A stretch of 64,000 bases of DNA from Candidatus Magasanikiibacteriota bacterium (GTDB lineage Bacteria; Patescibacteriota; Patescibacteriia; Magasanikbacterales; GWA2-37-8), in contig CAINUM010000063.1 of NCBI GenBank assembly GCA_903853785.1, positions 2,974-66,973 of the forward strand. Reading direction: 5' to 3'. Below, piece after piece: positions 45,087 to 56,380 of the stretch (the stretch's first letter is position 1; each line of letters opens with the position of its first letter). The notes under the pieces were generated by a model. That model searched no databases, had not been told where the DNA came from, and saw only the letters and a program-made list of their open reading frames with translations. Both the position numbers and the translations under genes were made by a program.

Positions 45087-46628
45087 TTAGTTTGTCGGGG
45101 CTGGAGGAGGAGGAGGAGGTGGTGGTGGTGGTGGTGGTGGTGGTGGTGGTGGTGTGTCTGGTTTGGTCTCCGGATTTTTGTTTGCCTGATTATTTTTATG
45201 AGTGTTGTTCGCGTCTTCTTTGCGTTCAGACTTGGAGGCACGAAGGAGGTTGTTTGTGGCCACAATTCTTTTTCTGATTTTAACTTTTTTATTTAATCGA
45301 TCCAATATTTCTGTGATTTTTTCAATCATTGGATTGATGTCGTCTTTAATTATAGTCTTTAATGCTCTAGTTGTTTTACCGGATCCCGTAGCACCTTTAA
45401 AAATAAAAATTGGTAAGGCAATAATAGGTGAAAGAATAATTATGATAATACCTATTATTATTTCTACTAACGGAACACCAACTCTAACAACACTAACAAC
45501 GGCCTCAATATAATCTGCAATAATGATTAAAGCATTAAGCATAGTTTTGACCAAACGAAGAACTGCTAAATTGGCCTCAAGCATCTTTATTTTTGCGTCA
45601 TCTTTGGCATTTGCTTTACCAAATGTAAGTGATGTGATTTTATCGTATAGAGGACGAGCAAAAGTTTTTAAAATTCTCATTGCCCAACTACCTTTCATTC
45701 CATCAACTTTGCTATCGAGAGCGGCTAATTCAGAGTATAGTTTTTTTTGTTCTGCTCGCAACTTCTTTTTTCTACTGCGATCACTTTGCAAACTGTTTGC
45801 AATATTAGCAACCATTTTCCTGGGTGCGTCCTTGATATTTTGTGCACCTTTTTGGATTTTATTAGCCGCCCCATTTGCGATTTTTGAGCCCAAATTTTTG
45901 GCTCTGGATTTGAGACTGGAAGCTTTGTTTGATTGGTCTTTTGGCGCTACTGTTTTAGGGGTTTTGTTCGAGGTTGCGTGTGGGCCAGTTTTGGCTAGCT
46001 CTTCACTGTTTGGTTTAGAAAGTTTCTTATTAGCATTGGGATTCATGTCTGATCGCCAAGGCTTTGTGTCGTTCATCTTGTCTGCATTTGCCGATTTTTT
46101 TTGTGGTTCTTTTGAATCTGGCTGAGTTTCGTTTTTTTTATCAGAAGTTGTTTTTTCTGCGGAAGAATCAGTATTATTAGGTGGTGTATTGCGATTTGGT
46201 GTATTTTCTGAAGCTGGAGGTTGTTGATTTTGTGTTGGATTAGTCTCGGAATTATTTTGTGATTCAGTTGCAGGCGGTTGTGGTTCTGGAGATTTTTCTG
46301 GTGATTGTTGTTCTTTTACTGGAGCGGCGTTCTGATCATTTGGGTTTTTGGACGGCGTGCTGTTGGTCGAAGTTTGATTCTGATTTGATTCATTAAAATT
46401 TTCCGGAGCGGAAGTGCTACTTTGTGGCCTATTTTTAGTTGGTTCGTTTTTTATTTCTGCATTGTCGTTGGCAACCTTTTTAGTGTCGCCCAATTCGAAT
46501 TCTACCGATTTACCTCCACTTCGAATTTTTGCATTTTTAACACCAGACATTCCTGTAATTACAACATCGTCATTGGCAGCTTCAGGGCCACTAGTTGTAG
46601 GTTTTTGTTGTCTGGCGGGCAAAGCCAT
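45087..46628 (-). CDS. Hypothetical membrane protein with disordered N-terminus, coiled coils and poly-Pro tail
   Basis: N/Q/P/S-rich region, hydrophobic stretch VVSVV...LPIFIF, 17 consecutive Pro; 5 nt after clpC. Confidence 0.8.
   Translation of the reverse strand: MALPARQQKPTTSGPEAANDDVVITGMSGVKNAKIRSGGKSVEFELGDTKKVANDNAEIKNEPTKNRPQSSTSAPENFNESNQNQTSTNSTPSKNPNDQNAAPVKEQQSPEKSPEPQPPATESQNNSETNPTQNQQPPASENTPNRNTPPNNTDSSAEKTTSDKKNETQPDSKEPQKKSANADKMNDTKPWRSDMNPNANKKLSKPNSEELAKTGPHATSNKTPKTVAPKDQSNKASSLKSRAKNLGSKIANGAANKIQKGAQNIKDAPRKMVANIANSLQSDRSRKKKLRAEQKKLYSELAALDSKVDGMKGSWAMRILKTFARPLYDKITSLTFGKANAKDDAKIKMLEANLAVLRLVKTMLNALIIIADYIEAVVSVVRVGVPLVEIIIGIIIIILSPIIALPIFIFKGATGSGKTTRALKTIIKDDINPMIEKITEILDRLNKKVKIRKRIVATNNLLRASKSERKEDANNTHKNNQANKNPETKPDTPPPPPPPPPPPPPPPPPAPTN
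45103..45153. repeat. Trinucleotide repeat (GGA)5(GGT)12 encoding poly-proline on the minus strand
   Basis: Directly visible. Confidence 0.95.
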
Positions 46629-46633
46629 AAAGT

Positions 46634-49150
46634 TTATTTAACAAGCAATTTTTTATCGGCGATATCTAAAGTGTATTGTTTTTTATTGTTCTTTTTTAAT
46701 ATTACTTCGGCCATTAATTTTTCAATAGCGGTTCGTAATTGACGTCGGATTGTTCGTGCGTTTGCATTTGTGGTCGGTAGGGAAGAGATGTAAGCAGATA
46801 AGATTTTTTCTTTGGCATCAAGCTTCGTGTGATATTGTGATAGGCGTTCATTAAATTTAACAATTTCTAATCCGGCAATTTTGGCCAAGTCCAAAGTGGT
46901 CAAAGTGTTGAATAGACAAATTTTATCCAAACGATTGATCAGTTCAGGAGAGAAAAATTCTTTTAATTTTTCGTTAATTTTTTTATCGTAAATTTCACTT
47001 TGAGATGCTGTTCCACCAAAGCCAAAATCGGCACGGTTGGCATCTTGAGCACCAAGTGAAGTTGTCAGTATTATTATAGCATGTTTTAAAGAAATTTTCT
47101 TCCCCGTCGAGTCGGTGATTTCCCCATTTTCTAAAATTTGTAATAATAATTTGGTCACATCCTTGTGGGCCTTGTCGATTTCGTCGAACAACACCACACA
47201 ATGAGGATTATTTTTTATTTTATCGGTAAAATTATTTCCTTCTTTGTAACCAACATAACCAGCTGGTGAACCTAGTAGTTTAGAAACACCAAAACTTTCG
47301 TTAAACTCACTCATATCTAATTTGATGAGCGAATCTTTGCTTGGATAAAGAGTATCGGCGATAGTTTTGGCTAATTCAGTTTTTCCTACGCCACTTTGGC
47401 CCACGAACATGAATGAAGCCAAAGGTCTATCTGGGTGGTTTAATCCCAAACGAGCCCGATTGATGATTTCGGATACTTCACGAATCACAACATCTTGGCC
47501 GATTACCAAAGTTTTTAGTTTGTCCTCCAAGTCGATCAGTTCATTTTTTTCCTCCATGATTAATTCACTTGGTTTTGAGCCAGTAATTTTTGCAATTTGC
47601 ACTAACACGTCATGATCATTAATTTCATCTTGAAAATCTGTCTTATTTTCTTTGGCAATTTTATTTTCTTGATCTATTTCTATACGTAATTTTTCCTCTT
47701 GAATTTTTAGTTTAACCGCCTCGTTGAATTTATCCGAAAGCGCCGCTGCTTCTTTAGCAGAAATTGTTTTTTCTAATTTTTGTTTTAAACGTTCAACTTT
47801 TCCAACCCAGGAATTGTTTTTGGAATTAATTCTTTTAGCTGCGGCTGTTTCGTCCAACAAGTCGATCGCTTTATCTGGCAAAAATTTATTTGTAATATAG
47901 CGTTGCGAAAGGCGAACGGCCGCTTCTATAGCAGACTTGTTGATTTTTACACTATGAAAAATCTCATAATTTATTTTAATACCTTCAAGAATTTTGACAG
48001 AATCTTCCGCTGACGGTTCTTTTACAAAAATAGGTTGAAAGCGGCGTTCTAGTGCAGAATCGCTCTCAATATGTTTTTTAAATTCGTTTAAAGTAGTTGA
48101 TCCGATACAACGTATTTGGCCACGTGCTAAAGCAGGTTTTAGAATGTTCGCAGCGTCCATTGTGCCTTGATTACTACCTGCGCCGACGATATTATGAAGT
48201 TCGTCTATAAACAAAATAATATTTGGATTGGCGGCGACATCGTCAATCACTTGGTGTAAACGTCCTTCAAATTCACCGCGGTAAATGGTGCCGGCAATCA
48301 AAAGACCCATATCCAAAGCGTAGATTTTTTTGTTCAACAAAATATCTGGTACTTTATTTTGTAAAATACGTTTTGCTAAACCCTCGATGATGGCAGTTTT
48401 GCCGACCCCAGGATCACCTAATAGTACAGGATTATTTTTGGTGCGACGACAAAGAATCTGAATTAGGCGTTCGATTTCATTTTCTCGTCCAATGATAGGA
48501 TCAATATTTTTTTGTAACTCTGGATTAGTTAGGTTAGTAGCAAAAAAATCTAAAGCCAATTCTTTTTTACCTGGTTTTTTATTTGTTTTTGCAATCGGAT
48601 GGTTGTGTGGTGTATCGTTGTTATCGGAACCAAACATATTGTCTTGAATTTTTTCAACCGCTTCCATCACTTCATTAATTTGTGGAAATTGTGAGGCGTT
48701 GGTGAGTACGGTTTCTAATTGTTTTATTATTTCAGTTAGAGCGACATTATTGTTTTTTAAAGCCAGGTTGATTGTTGGGTTATTTAATTCAATAATTCCT
48801 TTTAATAAATGTTCCGTGCCAATATAGTTATGAGTATGGTCTTGGGCAATAACTAAAGATTTTTCCATAGCTGCTTTGGAATCTTCAGACATTGGTGACA
48901 TCTGTAGGTCGGTAGTGTTAGCTGTTTTTTTTCTAGCGACTGTTGGTAATCCTAAAATCATTTTTTCAACACTTTTTAAATCAATTTTTAGGCGATTTAA
49001 AATTTCCGAAGCGACGGATCCTTTTTGGTTCTGTAAAATAAAAAACAGGTGGATTGGTTCCACTTCTTTATTTTCAAGTTTTGTGGCTAATTGTATGCTT
49101 TTACTAAGGACATCTTTGAAGTGGGTGGAGAATCTTTCTAATATAGACAT
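46634..49150 (-). CDS. clpC: Clp protease ATP-binding subunit (ClpC-type)
   Basis: Clp N-domains, [26 protein letters not shown]-like middle domain, [17 protein letters not shown]. Confidence 0.92.
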   Translation of the reverse strand: MSILERFSTHFKDVLSKSIQLATKLENKEVEPIHLFFILQNQKGSVASEILNRLKIDLKSVEKMILGLPTVARKKTANTTDLQMSPMSEDSKAAMEKSLVIAQDHTHNYIGTEHLLKGIIELNNPTINLALKNNNVALTEIIKQLETVLTNASQFPQINEVMEAVEKIQDNMFGSDNNDTPHNHPIAKTNKKPGKKELALDFFATNLTNPELQKNIDPIIGRENEIERLIQILCRRTKNNPVLLGDPGVGKTAIIEGLAKRILQNKVPDILLNKKIYALDMGLLIAGTIYRGEFEGRLHQVIDDVAANPNIILFIDELHNIVGAGSNQGTMDAANILKPALARGQIRCIGSTTLNEFKKHIESDSALERRFQPIFVKEPSAEDSVKILEGIKINYEIFHSVKINKSAIEAAVRLSQRYITNKFLPDKAIDLLDETAAAKRINSKNNSWVGKVERLKQKLEKTISAKEAAALSDKFNEAVKLKIQEEKLRIEIDQENKIAKENKTDFQDEINDHDVLVQIAKITGSKPSELIMEEKNELIDLEDKLKTLVIGQDVVIREVSEIINRARLGLNHPDRPLASFMFVGQSGVGKTELAKTIADTLYPSKDSLIKLDMSEFNESFGVSKLLGSPAGYVGYKEGNNFTDKIKNNPHCVVLFDEIDKAHKDVTKLLLQILENGEITDSTGKKISLKHAIIILTTSLGAQDANRADFGFGGTASQSEIYDKKINEKLKEFFSPELINRLDKICLFNTLTTLDLAKIAGLEIVKFNERLSQYHTKLDAKEKILSAYISSLPTTNANARTIRRQLRTAIEKLMAEVILKKNNKKQYTLDIADKKLLVK

Positions 49151-49229
49151 AATACAGTTATATTGCTTTAAGAATAGGGATATTATATAATGAAAGAATG
49201 TAATTTACAAGCTAAAAAAAGATAAAAAT

Positions 49230-50591
49230 ATGTTTCCAAAACAGGTGTTTAAAGCTTATGATATTCGCGGTTTGGTTGAAGGGGAGCTCAGCGATGATTT
49301 GGCGTATCGAATTGGACGAGCTTACGGAGTTTTTTTGCACGGAAAATATTCTGATTTTGATGGTAAAAGCATAGTAGTTGGCTATGATATGCGCCAGACT
49401 AGCCCCCAATTCTCCAAAGAAGTTATTAGGGGTCTAAATGACGAAGGTTTGGACGTGGTAGATATTGGGTTGGCTACGACGCCATTATTCAATTTTGCAT
49501 GCTCAAATTATAGCGAATATGTGGCAGGAATAATGGTTACCGCTTCGCACAACCCGGCTAAATACAATGGGTTTAAAATGACGTTGGGTGATGGTACTCC
49601 AGTAGGTAGAGGCGGTGGAATGGAAGAGATTCGTGATTTAGCTGAAAAAAATGATTTTAAAAATTCGCTAGCGAAGGGGTCAATCAAAAATAGAGAAATA
49701 TTAGAAGATTATTTATCAAAGATTTTTTCTATTGTAAAATCTGAGACAATAAAACCACTTAAAATAGTAGTTGATGCGGGTAATGGTATGGCAAAAGTGT
49801 CGTTTGTCGAGGTCCTAAAACGATTGCCAGTTCAAGTGGAATATATGTATTTGGAGCCAGACGGAACTTTTCCCAATCATGAAGCCAATCCATTAAATGT
49901 TGAAACTTTACAGGCGCTACAAAAACGAGTAGTAGAAGTTGGAGCAGATTTTGGTTTTGCTTTGGATGGTGATGCTGATCGAGTGGGGTTAGTGGATGAA
50001 AAAGGTGATGTGGTAGAAGCGTCATTTGTTGGGGCTTTGATGGGTCTTGAAGTTTTACGCTCCAATCCTGGTGTTTACATGTTGTATGATCTAAGAAGTA
50101 GTAAGATTGTGAGAGATGTGTGGGAGCAAAATGGCGCACGTACCGGCATGTGTCCTGTTGGACATGCTCTAATAAAAAAGATGATGAAAGAAGTCGGTGC
50201 ATTTTTTGCCAGCGAGCTTTCTTTGCATTTGTATTATAATGATATGCACGATGTAGAGTCGACTGATTTAGCACTGCTATATTTTTTGAGTTTGGTTTCT
50301 CGTAGTGGTAAAAAGTTGAGTGAATTAACCGCTCCATTAAATAAATATTTCCACTCTGGAGAGATCAATTTCCATGTGGAAGAAAAGGATAAAATATTGG
50401 CTAATTTAAGAGAAAAATATGTCGACGGAAAATCGGTTGAACTTGATGGTTTTTATGTTGAATACCCAACATGGTGGTTCAATGTTCGTTCTAGCAATAC
50501 AGAACCAGTATTGCGTCTGAATTTGGAATCAAATACTAAATCTGAGATGGAAGAAAAGTTGGCCGAGGTGAAAAAAATTATTGAAGGATAA
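49230..50591 (+). CDS. Phosphomannomutase/phosphoglucomutase
   Basis: FKAYDIRG, TASHNP, DGDADR, RSSNTEP. Confidence 0.95.
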   Translation: MFPKQVFKAYDIRGLVEGELSDDLAYRIGRAYGVFLHGKYSDFDGKSIVVGYDMRQTSPQFSKEVIRGLNDEGLDVVDIGLATTPLFNFACSNYSEYVAGIMVTASHNPAKYNGFKMTLGDGTPVGRGGGMEEIRDLAEKNDFKNSLAKGSIKNREILEDYLSKIFSIVKSETIKPLKIVVDAGNGMAKVSFVEVLKRLPVQVEYMYLEPDGTFPNHEANPLNVETLQALQKRVVEVGADFGFALDGDADRVGLVDEKGDVVEASFVGALMGLEVLRSNPGVYMLYDLRSSKIVRDVWEQNGARTGMCPVGHALIKKMMKEVGAFFASELSLHLYYNDMHDVESTDLALLYFLSLVSRSGKKLSELTAPLNKYFHSGEINFHVEEKDKILANLREKYVDGKSVELDGFYVEYPTWWFNVRSSNTEPVLRLNLESNTKSEMEEKLAEVKKIIEG

Positions 50592-50648
50592 AAATTGTGC
50601 TCAACAAAAAAATCAGCAAATATTTGCTGATTTTTTTGTTCACAAATT

Positions 50649-52748
50649 TTATTCGATCACAATTCTTGCATCCAACACTTTTACTCCCTGTCCTTTTGGA
50701 AGTACGAGTAGTGGGTTGATATCCAATTCTTTTATATTTGGAAAATCAATTAGTAGTTGCGAAAGACGTCCTAGGCAATCAATAAGCGCTTGTGTATCCA
50801 TCACCGCTTGTCCGCGAGCACCGTCTAATATTTTTTTGGATTTTAGTTTGTTGATCATTTTTTGGGCGTCATAAGCGGTCAGAGGAGCGAGTCCAAAAGT
50901 AACATCTTTGAAAATTTCCACGTACGTTCCGCCAAGTCCGACCATAATAGTATTACCAAGCCCTGAGTCTTTGACACTACCCAAAATCATCTCAACACCT
51001 TTTTCTTTAACCATCTCCATCACCAAAACCCCATCAATTTTAGCTAGTGGAAATTTTTGTTTAATATTTTTTATCATTTCGGTAAATTTTGTTCCAGCGT
51101 CGTCTGGACTGACATTCAAAATTACACCACCTGCATCGGTTTTGTGTAGAATATTTTGTGAGACAATTTTTAATACTACCGACTTTCCTATTTTGTGAGC
51201 TATATTTTTGGCTTCAGCAGCTGTTTTGGCGACCTCGCTATGAAGTAGAGGAAAGCCATAATCACGCAAAATTGGTAACGCATCAGCTTCTGGAAAAATT
51301 GTTTGGCCGCGTTTTTTTGCTTCAATAAAATATTTATCAGCCGCCTGTTTATTGGTATTTTTTATATTAAATTTGGTGTTGTATTTATCTTTGCGAATAT
51401 TGGCAAAGTGGGTGAGAGCGTCTAATGCTTTGGCTGCTTCTTCTGGAAAACTAAAAGTAGAAACACCGCTCGCACGTAAAGTTTTAACACTTTTTTCGAC
51501 TAATTTACCACCGATAAAACTGGCAACAATTGGTTTGCTAGATTTTTTCTTGGCAGAAATAATGGCTTTGGCGGTAAGGTCAAATTCAGTCATAGACTGA
51601 GGGGTGAGTACTACTAAAATACTATCGACATTTTTGTCTTTTTCCAAAATATCAATAGCGGCCTTGTATCGGTCGGCTTTGGCATCACCAAGTACGTCGA
51701 TCGGATTGTGGAAATTGGCGTAAGCTGGTAAAACTTTGCGTAATTTATTTTCAGTTTCTTTAGAAATTTTGGCCATTTTCAAACCACTCAAAATCACTTC
51801 GTCCGTGGTGAGTACGCCCGGTCCACCAGCATTGGTAACGATGGCGACGCGATCACCTTTTGGTAATTTATTATGTGTAAAAATTCGTAAATATTCAAAA
51901 AGTTCAGAAATCATTTCAGCACGAATGATGCCGGATTGGGAGAACAGTCCTTGATAGGCACTGTCGTTGCCAGCTAATGCGCCAGTATGAGAGGCGCTAG
52001 CGTGTGCACCGTCACTAGTACGGCCAGATTTTATAGCAATAATTGGTTTTGGATTTTTACCATGAGTTAGTTTTTTTGCAGCGGCGATAATTGCTGGAGC
52101 GTTGGTGAGTTCTTCGACATACATCGCCACTACTTTGGTTTTTTTATCATTAGCTAGATATTCAAACAGATCGGCTTCAGAGAGTAGGGCTTTGTTGCCA
52201 ACACTAACAAATTTTGAAAAACCGATATCCAATTTTTGAGCGTAATCCAAAATGGCTGTGCAAAGAGCGCCGCTTTGAGAAATAAAAGCAATGTTGCCGT
52301 TTGGGGGCATAATATTGGCAAAAGATGCGTTCATTTTAATTTCTGGATTGATGATGCCTAGACAGTTTGGGCCGACCAGAGCGATATTATTTTTTTGACA
52401 GATTTTCTTTACCTGATTTTCTAAATCAATGTTACCGACTTCTTTGAATCCGGCAGAAATAATAATTACTCCTCTTATTTTTTTCTTGGCGACAGTTTCA
52501 AGCACTGTTGGAACGATACTACTTGGTACTACGATGATAGCTAGATCAACTTTTTCTTTTATTGCCAAGACATACGGATAACATTTAAGATTGTATAGTT
52601 CAGAGGCTTTTGGATTTACTGGAAATATTTTTCCTTCATATCCTTGAGAGATAAGATTTTTCACAATATCATTACCAACATGACCAACCTCGGTCGACGC
52701 ACCAATGATAGCAATTGATTTTGGATAAAAAATGGAATCTAAATTCAT
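50649..52748 (-). CDS. ADP-forming acetate-CoA ligase, fused alpha/beta subunits
   Basis: IAIIGAS, GPNCLG, SQSGAL, SHTGALAG, NAGGPG, HKTDAGGV, ELDINPL. Confidence 0.92.
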   Translation of the reverse strand: MNLDSIFYPKSIAIIGASTEVGHVGNDIVKNLISQGYEGKIFPVNPKASELYNLKCYPYVLAIKEKVDLAIIVVPSSIVPTVLETVAKKKIRGVIIISAGFKEVGNIDLENQVKKICQKNNIALVGPNCLGIINPEIKMNASFANIMPPNGNIAFISQSGALCTAILDYAQKLDIGFSKFVSVGNKALLSEADLFEYLANDKKTKVVAMYVEELTNAPAIIAAAKKLTHGKNPKPIIAIKSGRTSDGAHASASHTGALAGNDSAYQGLFSQSGIIRAEMISELFEYLRIFTHNKLPKGDRVAIVTNAGGPGVLTTDEVILSGLKMAKISKETENKLRKVLPAYANFHNPIDVLGDAKADRYKAAIDILEKDKNVDSILVVLTPQSMTEFDLTAKAIISAKKKSSKPIVASFIGGKLVEKSVKTLRASGVSTFSFPEEAAKALDALTHFANIRKDKYNTKFNIKNTNKQAADKYFIEAKKRGQTIFPEADALPILRDYGFPLLHSEVAKTAAEAKNIAHKIGKSVVLKIVSQNILHKTDAGGVILNVSPDDAGTKFTEMIKNIKQKFPLAKIDGVLVMEMVKEKGVEMILGSVKDSGLGNTIMVGLGGTYVEIFKDVTFGLAPLTAYDAQKMINKLKSKKILDGARGQAVMDTQALIDCLGRLSQLLIDFPNIKELDINPLLVLPKGQGVKVLDARIVIE

Positions 52749-52814
52749 AAAAAAATCCGTGAATAATTATCACGGATTTATTTTAACATTTTTTTGACTT
52801 TTTGTCATTTATTT

Positions 52815-53699
52815 TTACGCCATCTCGCGTAATTTTTTTATTCTATCTTCTATCGGTGGGTGAGTGGAAAATAATCCAGCCAAGGCTTTACCGGAAAATG
52901 GATTCGAAATATACATATGCGAAGTAGCTGGTGATGCATTTTTCATCGGAGTGTTTTCAGCGGCAATTTTTTCTAGCGCACGAGCTAATCCTTCTGGATA
53001 ACGGGTGAGAAGAGATCCGCTGGCGTCAGCCAAATATTCACGTTTGCGTGACACGGCTAATTTTATCAGCTGAGCAATGATTGGTGAAAGGATTGCTAAT
53101 ACGATACCCACGATTGCAAATATCGCCATACCATCGCTACCTTCGCGGTCACTGCTGCGACGACGAAACATTCCGCCACGTAAAAATATATTGGCCATGA
53201 TAGAAACTGCACCAACCAAAACAGCGACGAGCATCATGAAACGAATATCATAATTTTTTATATGAGAAAGTTCATGAGCAATCACACCCTCTAGTTCTTC
53301 GTTTTCCAATTTCTCAATCGCGCCACGAGTGATAGCAATAGAAGCTAATTCTGGTTTGCGTCCGGTGGCAAAGGCATTGATGGCCGAATCTTCCATAATG
53401 TATATTCTTGGAACTGGTGTGCCAGCGGTAATACAAAGATTCTCAACCATCCGATATACATACGGATTATCATTTTTTTCTAGCGGTTTGGCACCACTAG
53501 TCATCAAAGCAATTTTGTCACCCTGAAAATAGGAAACCGAAGTGGTGATAAGTGAAATCATTATTCCTAAAAATATTCCACTATAACCATCGCCACCATA
53601 AGCACGATCAAAAACATATCCCAAAGCAATCACTAGGACAGCAGCCAGTATCAAAAGTAGTACGGATTTTTGTTTGTTTGAATCTATTTGTGAGTACAT
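52815..53699 (-). CDS. htpX: Membrane zinc metalloprotease HtpX (M48)
   Basis: NAFATG, HELSH, SRKREYLAD, FSTHPP. Confidence 0.95.
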   Translation of the reverse strand: MYSQIDSNKQKSVLLLILAAVLVIALGYVFDRAYGGDGYSGIFLGIMISLITTSVSYFQGDKIALMTSGAKPLEKNDNPYVYRMVENLCITAGTPVPRIYIMEDSAINAFATGRKPELASIAITRGAIEKLENEELEGVIAHELSHIKNYDIRFMMLVAVLVGAVSIMANIFLRGGMFRRRSSDREGSDGMAIFAIVGIVLAILSPIIAQLIKLAVSRKREYLADASGSLLTRYPEGLARALEKIAAENTPMKNASPATSHMYISNPFSGKALAGLFSTHPPIEDRIKKLREMA

Positions 53700-53706
53700 A
53701 ACTGAA

Positions 53707-54273
53707 TTAGAATTTTACCTGCACATTTTGTCTTTCAACCTCTGCTGCTTGGAAGAATTCGTATTTAGTAAATTTCAACATACCAGCGAACATATTGGTT
53801 GGGAAAGTTTGGATACTAGTATTGAAGTCACGAACATTACCATTGTAAAAACGGCGACTAGCTTGGATTTTGTTTTCGGTATCAGAAATTTCGTCTTGTA
53901 ATTGTAAGAAGTTTTGACTAGCTTTTAGCTCTGGATAATTTTCAGTAACGGCAAATAGAGATTTTAAAGTAGAAGATAATGCATTTTCCGCTGCTTCGCG
54001 TTCGGCTAATGTAGCGCCGGCTTTGTCGTGAGAAGTCATCGCAGCTGTGCGCGCTTCGGTCAATTTTACCAAAGTTTCACGTTCGTGGGTCATATAGCCC
54101 TTTACGGTTTCCACTAAATTTGGAATTAAATCGTAGCGACGTTTGAGTTGAACGTCGATATCACTAAAAGCTTCGTCGACGCGATTTTTGCCCCGTACCA
54201 AGCCGTTGAAGACCATGATTACCCAGATCACTACTATTGCCAGAACCGCTATAATAATATAAAATGGAGACAT
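53707..54273 (-). CDS. lemA: LemA family protein
   Basis: IDVQLKRRYDLIPNLVETVKGY, ENYPELKA, RRFYN. Confidence 0.96.
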   Translation of the reverse strand: MSPFYIIIAVLAIVVIWVIMVFNGLVRGKNRVDEAFSDIDVQLKRRYDLIPNLVETVKGYMTHERETLVKLTEARTAAMTSHDKAGATLAEREAAENALSSTLKSLFAVTENYPELKASQNFLQLQDEISDTENKIQASRRFYNGNVRDFNTSIQTFPTNMFAGMLKFTKYEFFQAAEVERQNVQVKF

Positions 54274-54354
54274 ATAATATATACTTATTGAGCAAAGTCG
54301 GTGACGACTTTATTCAGTTATTTTAGCTTACTAATACTAATAAATCAAGCCTTT

Positions 54355-55527
54355 ATGGCCTCAATTATCTTTTTTATCCTGGTTTTAGCGGTGTTAGTTA
54401 TTTCTCATGAGTTCGGTCATTTTATTGCGGCCAAAAAAACTGGCATGAAAGTTCATGAATTCGGTTTTGGTTTTCCACCAAGACTTTTTGGTTTGCAATT
54501 TAAAAAAGACAATAAAAAACATTGGCGTATTGTGAAGGGGAATCGTGATCTAAATGAAACTGACGAAGAATATGGCACTGTTTATTCTTTGAATTGGTTA
54601 CCATTGGGTGGTTTTGTAAAGATCAAAGGAGAAAATGGAGATGAACAAAATGATCCGCAAAGTTTTGCAGCCAAAAAACCTTGGCAAAAATCTGTCGTGC
54701 TGGCTGCTGGTGTTGTAATGAATGTAGTTTTGGCAATGGTGCTTTTGATCAGTGGTTATATGATTGGCTTACCTCAGACCCTAGATAACATGTCGGATGT
54801 TTCAAAGATCGCGGATCGTCGTGTTGAAGTTATGCAAGTAGTTCCTGGTAAACCGGCAGAAGCTGCTGGAATTAAAGCGGGTGATGCGATATTGCAGGTA
54901 GGAACGTTGGCAAATCCTCGTTTGAAAGAACTACAAGATTATATTGATCTCCATAAAAATGAAGTTTTGTTGGTAAAAGTTCAGCGTGATAAAGAAATTT
55001 TTGATAAGCAAATTAAACCAGCAATTTACAGTGATACTGGTAGAGGTGGTTTGGGTATAGCGATTGCCGAACTCGGTACAGTGAAGTATCCTTTTTTTAT
55101 AGCAATTTGGGAAGGCATAAAAGCCACGGGTTGGTATTTGAAAGAAATTTTAATAGCATTTTATTTATTGATAAAAGGAGCGTTTGCAGGTCACGGTGTT
55201 GGTGATGCAGTTTCTGGTCCAGTGGGCGTTGCAGTGATGACTGGGAGAGTGGCACGAATGGGATTGGTGTATTTAATACAATTTATGGCCATGTTGTCGC
55301 TAAATTTAGCGGTGTTTAACATTTTACCAATTCCAGCTTTGGACGGTGGTCGTTTGTTGTTTGTCGCTATTTCAAAATTACGTCGTAAAGATGTCTCACA
55401 AAAATTAGAAGGTATATTTCATACGGTTGGATTTGCTTTATTAATGTTGTTGGTGGTGGTAGTAACCGTTCGAGATATAAATACTTTTAAAATGGTAATT
55501 TGGGGTTTTGTAAAGAGATTTTTTTAA
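54355..55527 (+). CDS. rseP: Site-2 intramembrane protease RseP (M50 plus PDZ)
   Basis: HEFGH, PLGGFV, PDZ domain, NILPIPALDGG; start moved to ATG 54355. Confidence 0.95.
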   Translation: MASIIFFILVLAVLVISHEFGHFIAAKKTGMKVHEFGFGFPPRLFGLQFKKDNKKHWRIVKGNRDLNETDEEYGTVYSLNWLPLGGFVKIKGENGDEQNDPQSFAAKKPWQKSVVLAAGVVMNVVLAMVLLISGYMIGLPQTLDNMSDVSKIADRRVEVMQVVPGKPAEAAGIKAGDAILQVGTLANPRLKELQDYIDLHKNEVLLVKVQRDKEIFDKQIKPAIYSDTGRGGLGIAIAELGTVKYPFFIAIWEGIKATGWYLKEILIAFYLLIKGAFAGHGVGDAVSGPVGVAVMTGRVARMGLVYLIQFMAMLSLNLAVFNILPIPALDGGRLLFVAISKLRRKDVSQKLEGIFHTVGFALLMLLVVVVTVRDINTFKMVIWGFVKRFF

Positions 55528-55599
55528 AACATGGAAATAAATAGTACAATAAATATAGTTTAAACAAACTAAAAGAAACGCAACAAAAATAGATTTATT

Positions 55600-56379
55600 A
55601 TGTCTGAGCAAAAAGGTTACAACCCAGAACTAGGAGAAAGATATATATCCAAAGCTGCTCGAAGTGGTGAACCTTTTTTAAATTCAGATGAGCGGAAAGA
55701 TAAAATTAATGAATGGCAGGATCGAGCATGGATGAATGAAACCGGACGTTTTCAAGGTTTGAGTTACAAATCAGCGTCCAGAGTTGAAGGAGTTGGAGGG
55801 CAAGATGATGATATTAGCAGTGTGCACAGGGAATGGTTTGTTAATTTAACTATACCTAAATTAATTACTGAAAATCCTGGAAGAAAAATTAAAATAATGG
55901 ATTTGGGTGGTGGAAATGGAATGTATGCCAAACAAATTAGAGACACGTTTGGTGATAAGGTGGAAGTATTTACCACCGGATTAAAAAAGAAAGCAGCGGA
56001 AAAAAGCTTGGAAATAAATGATAAAAAGGCAAAACCAAATAAGAATGATTTAAAATGGCGTTCAATACTAGAACTTCACGATTTTCCAGAATTTGATCTT
56101 ATTGTTGATACATATGGCGAAGCTCTTTATAGTTTAAAAATGAGAAGTGACGTATCTGTTAATGATATCTCAAAATATTTCAACGCGGTTTCAAAAAAAC
56201 TTTTACCGGGTGGGCATGCTAGCATAGACTTTTATCCTATTTTTGAAATGGACCAATCGTTGGTTGAAGATGTTTTTAGGGATTTAGAAAAGCAATGTGG
56301 TGTGAAAATTAGTTTTGAAGGTAAAGATAATTTTATTGTTAAAATAGATAAGCCAAAAATAGAAATTGAAAAAAAATAA
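55600..56379 (+). CDS. Class I SAM-dependent methyltransferase-like protein
   Basis: IMDLGGGNG motif I, FDLIV, LLPGG. Confidence 0.78.
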   Translation: MSEQKGYNPELGERYISKAARSGEPFLNSDERKDKINEWQDRAWMNETGRFQGLSYKSASRVEGVGGQDDDISSVHREWFVNLTIPKLITENPGRKIKIMDLGGGNGMYAKQIRDTFGDKVEVFTTGLKKKAAEKSLEINDKKAKPNKNDLKWRSILELHDFPEFDLIVDTYGEALYSLKMRSDVSVNDISKYFNAVSKKLLPGGHASIDFYPIFEMDQSLVEDVFRDLEKQCGVKISFEGKDNFIVKIDKPKIEIEKK

Positions 56380-56380
56380 T

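Noticed and set aside
45074-45296. ORFs with poly-His, poly-Trp or poly-Val runs
   Set aside because: Alternative frames of the trinucleotide tract in the poly-Pro gene
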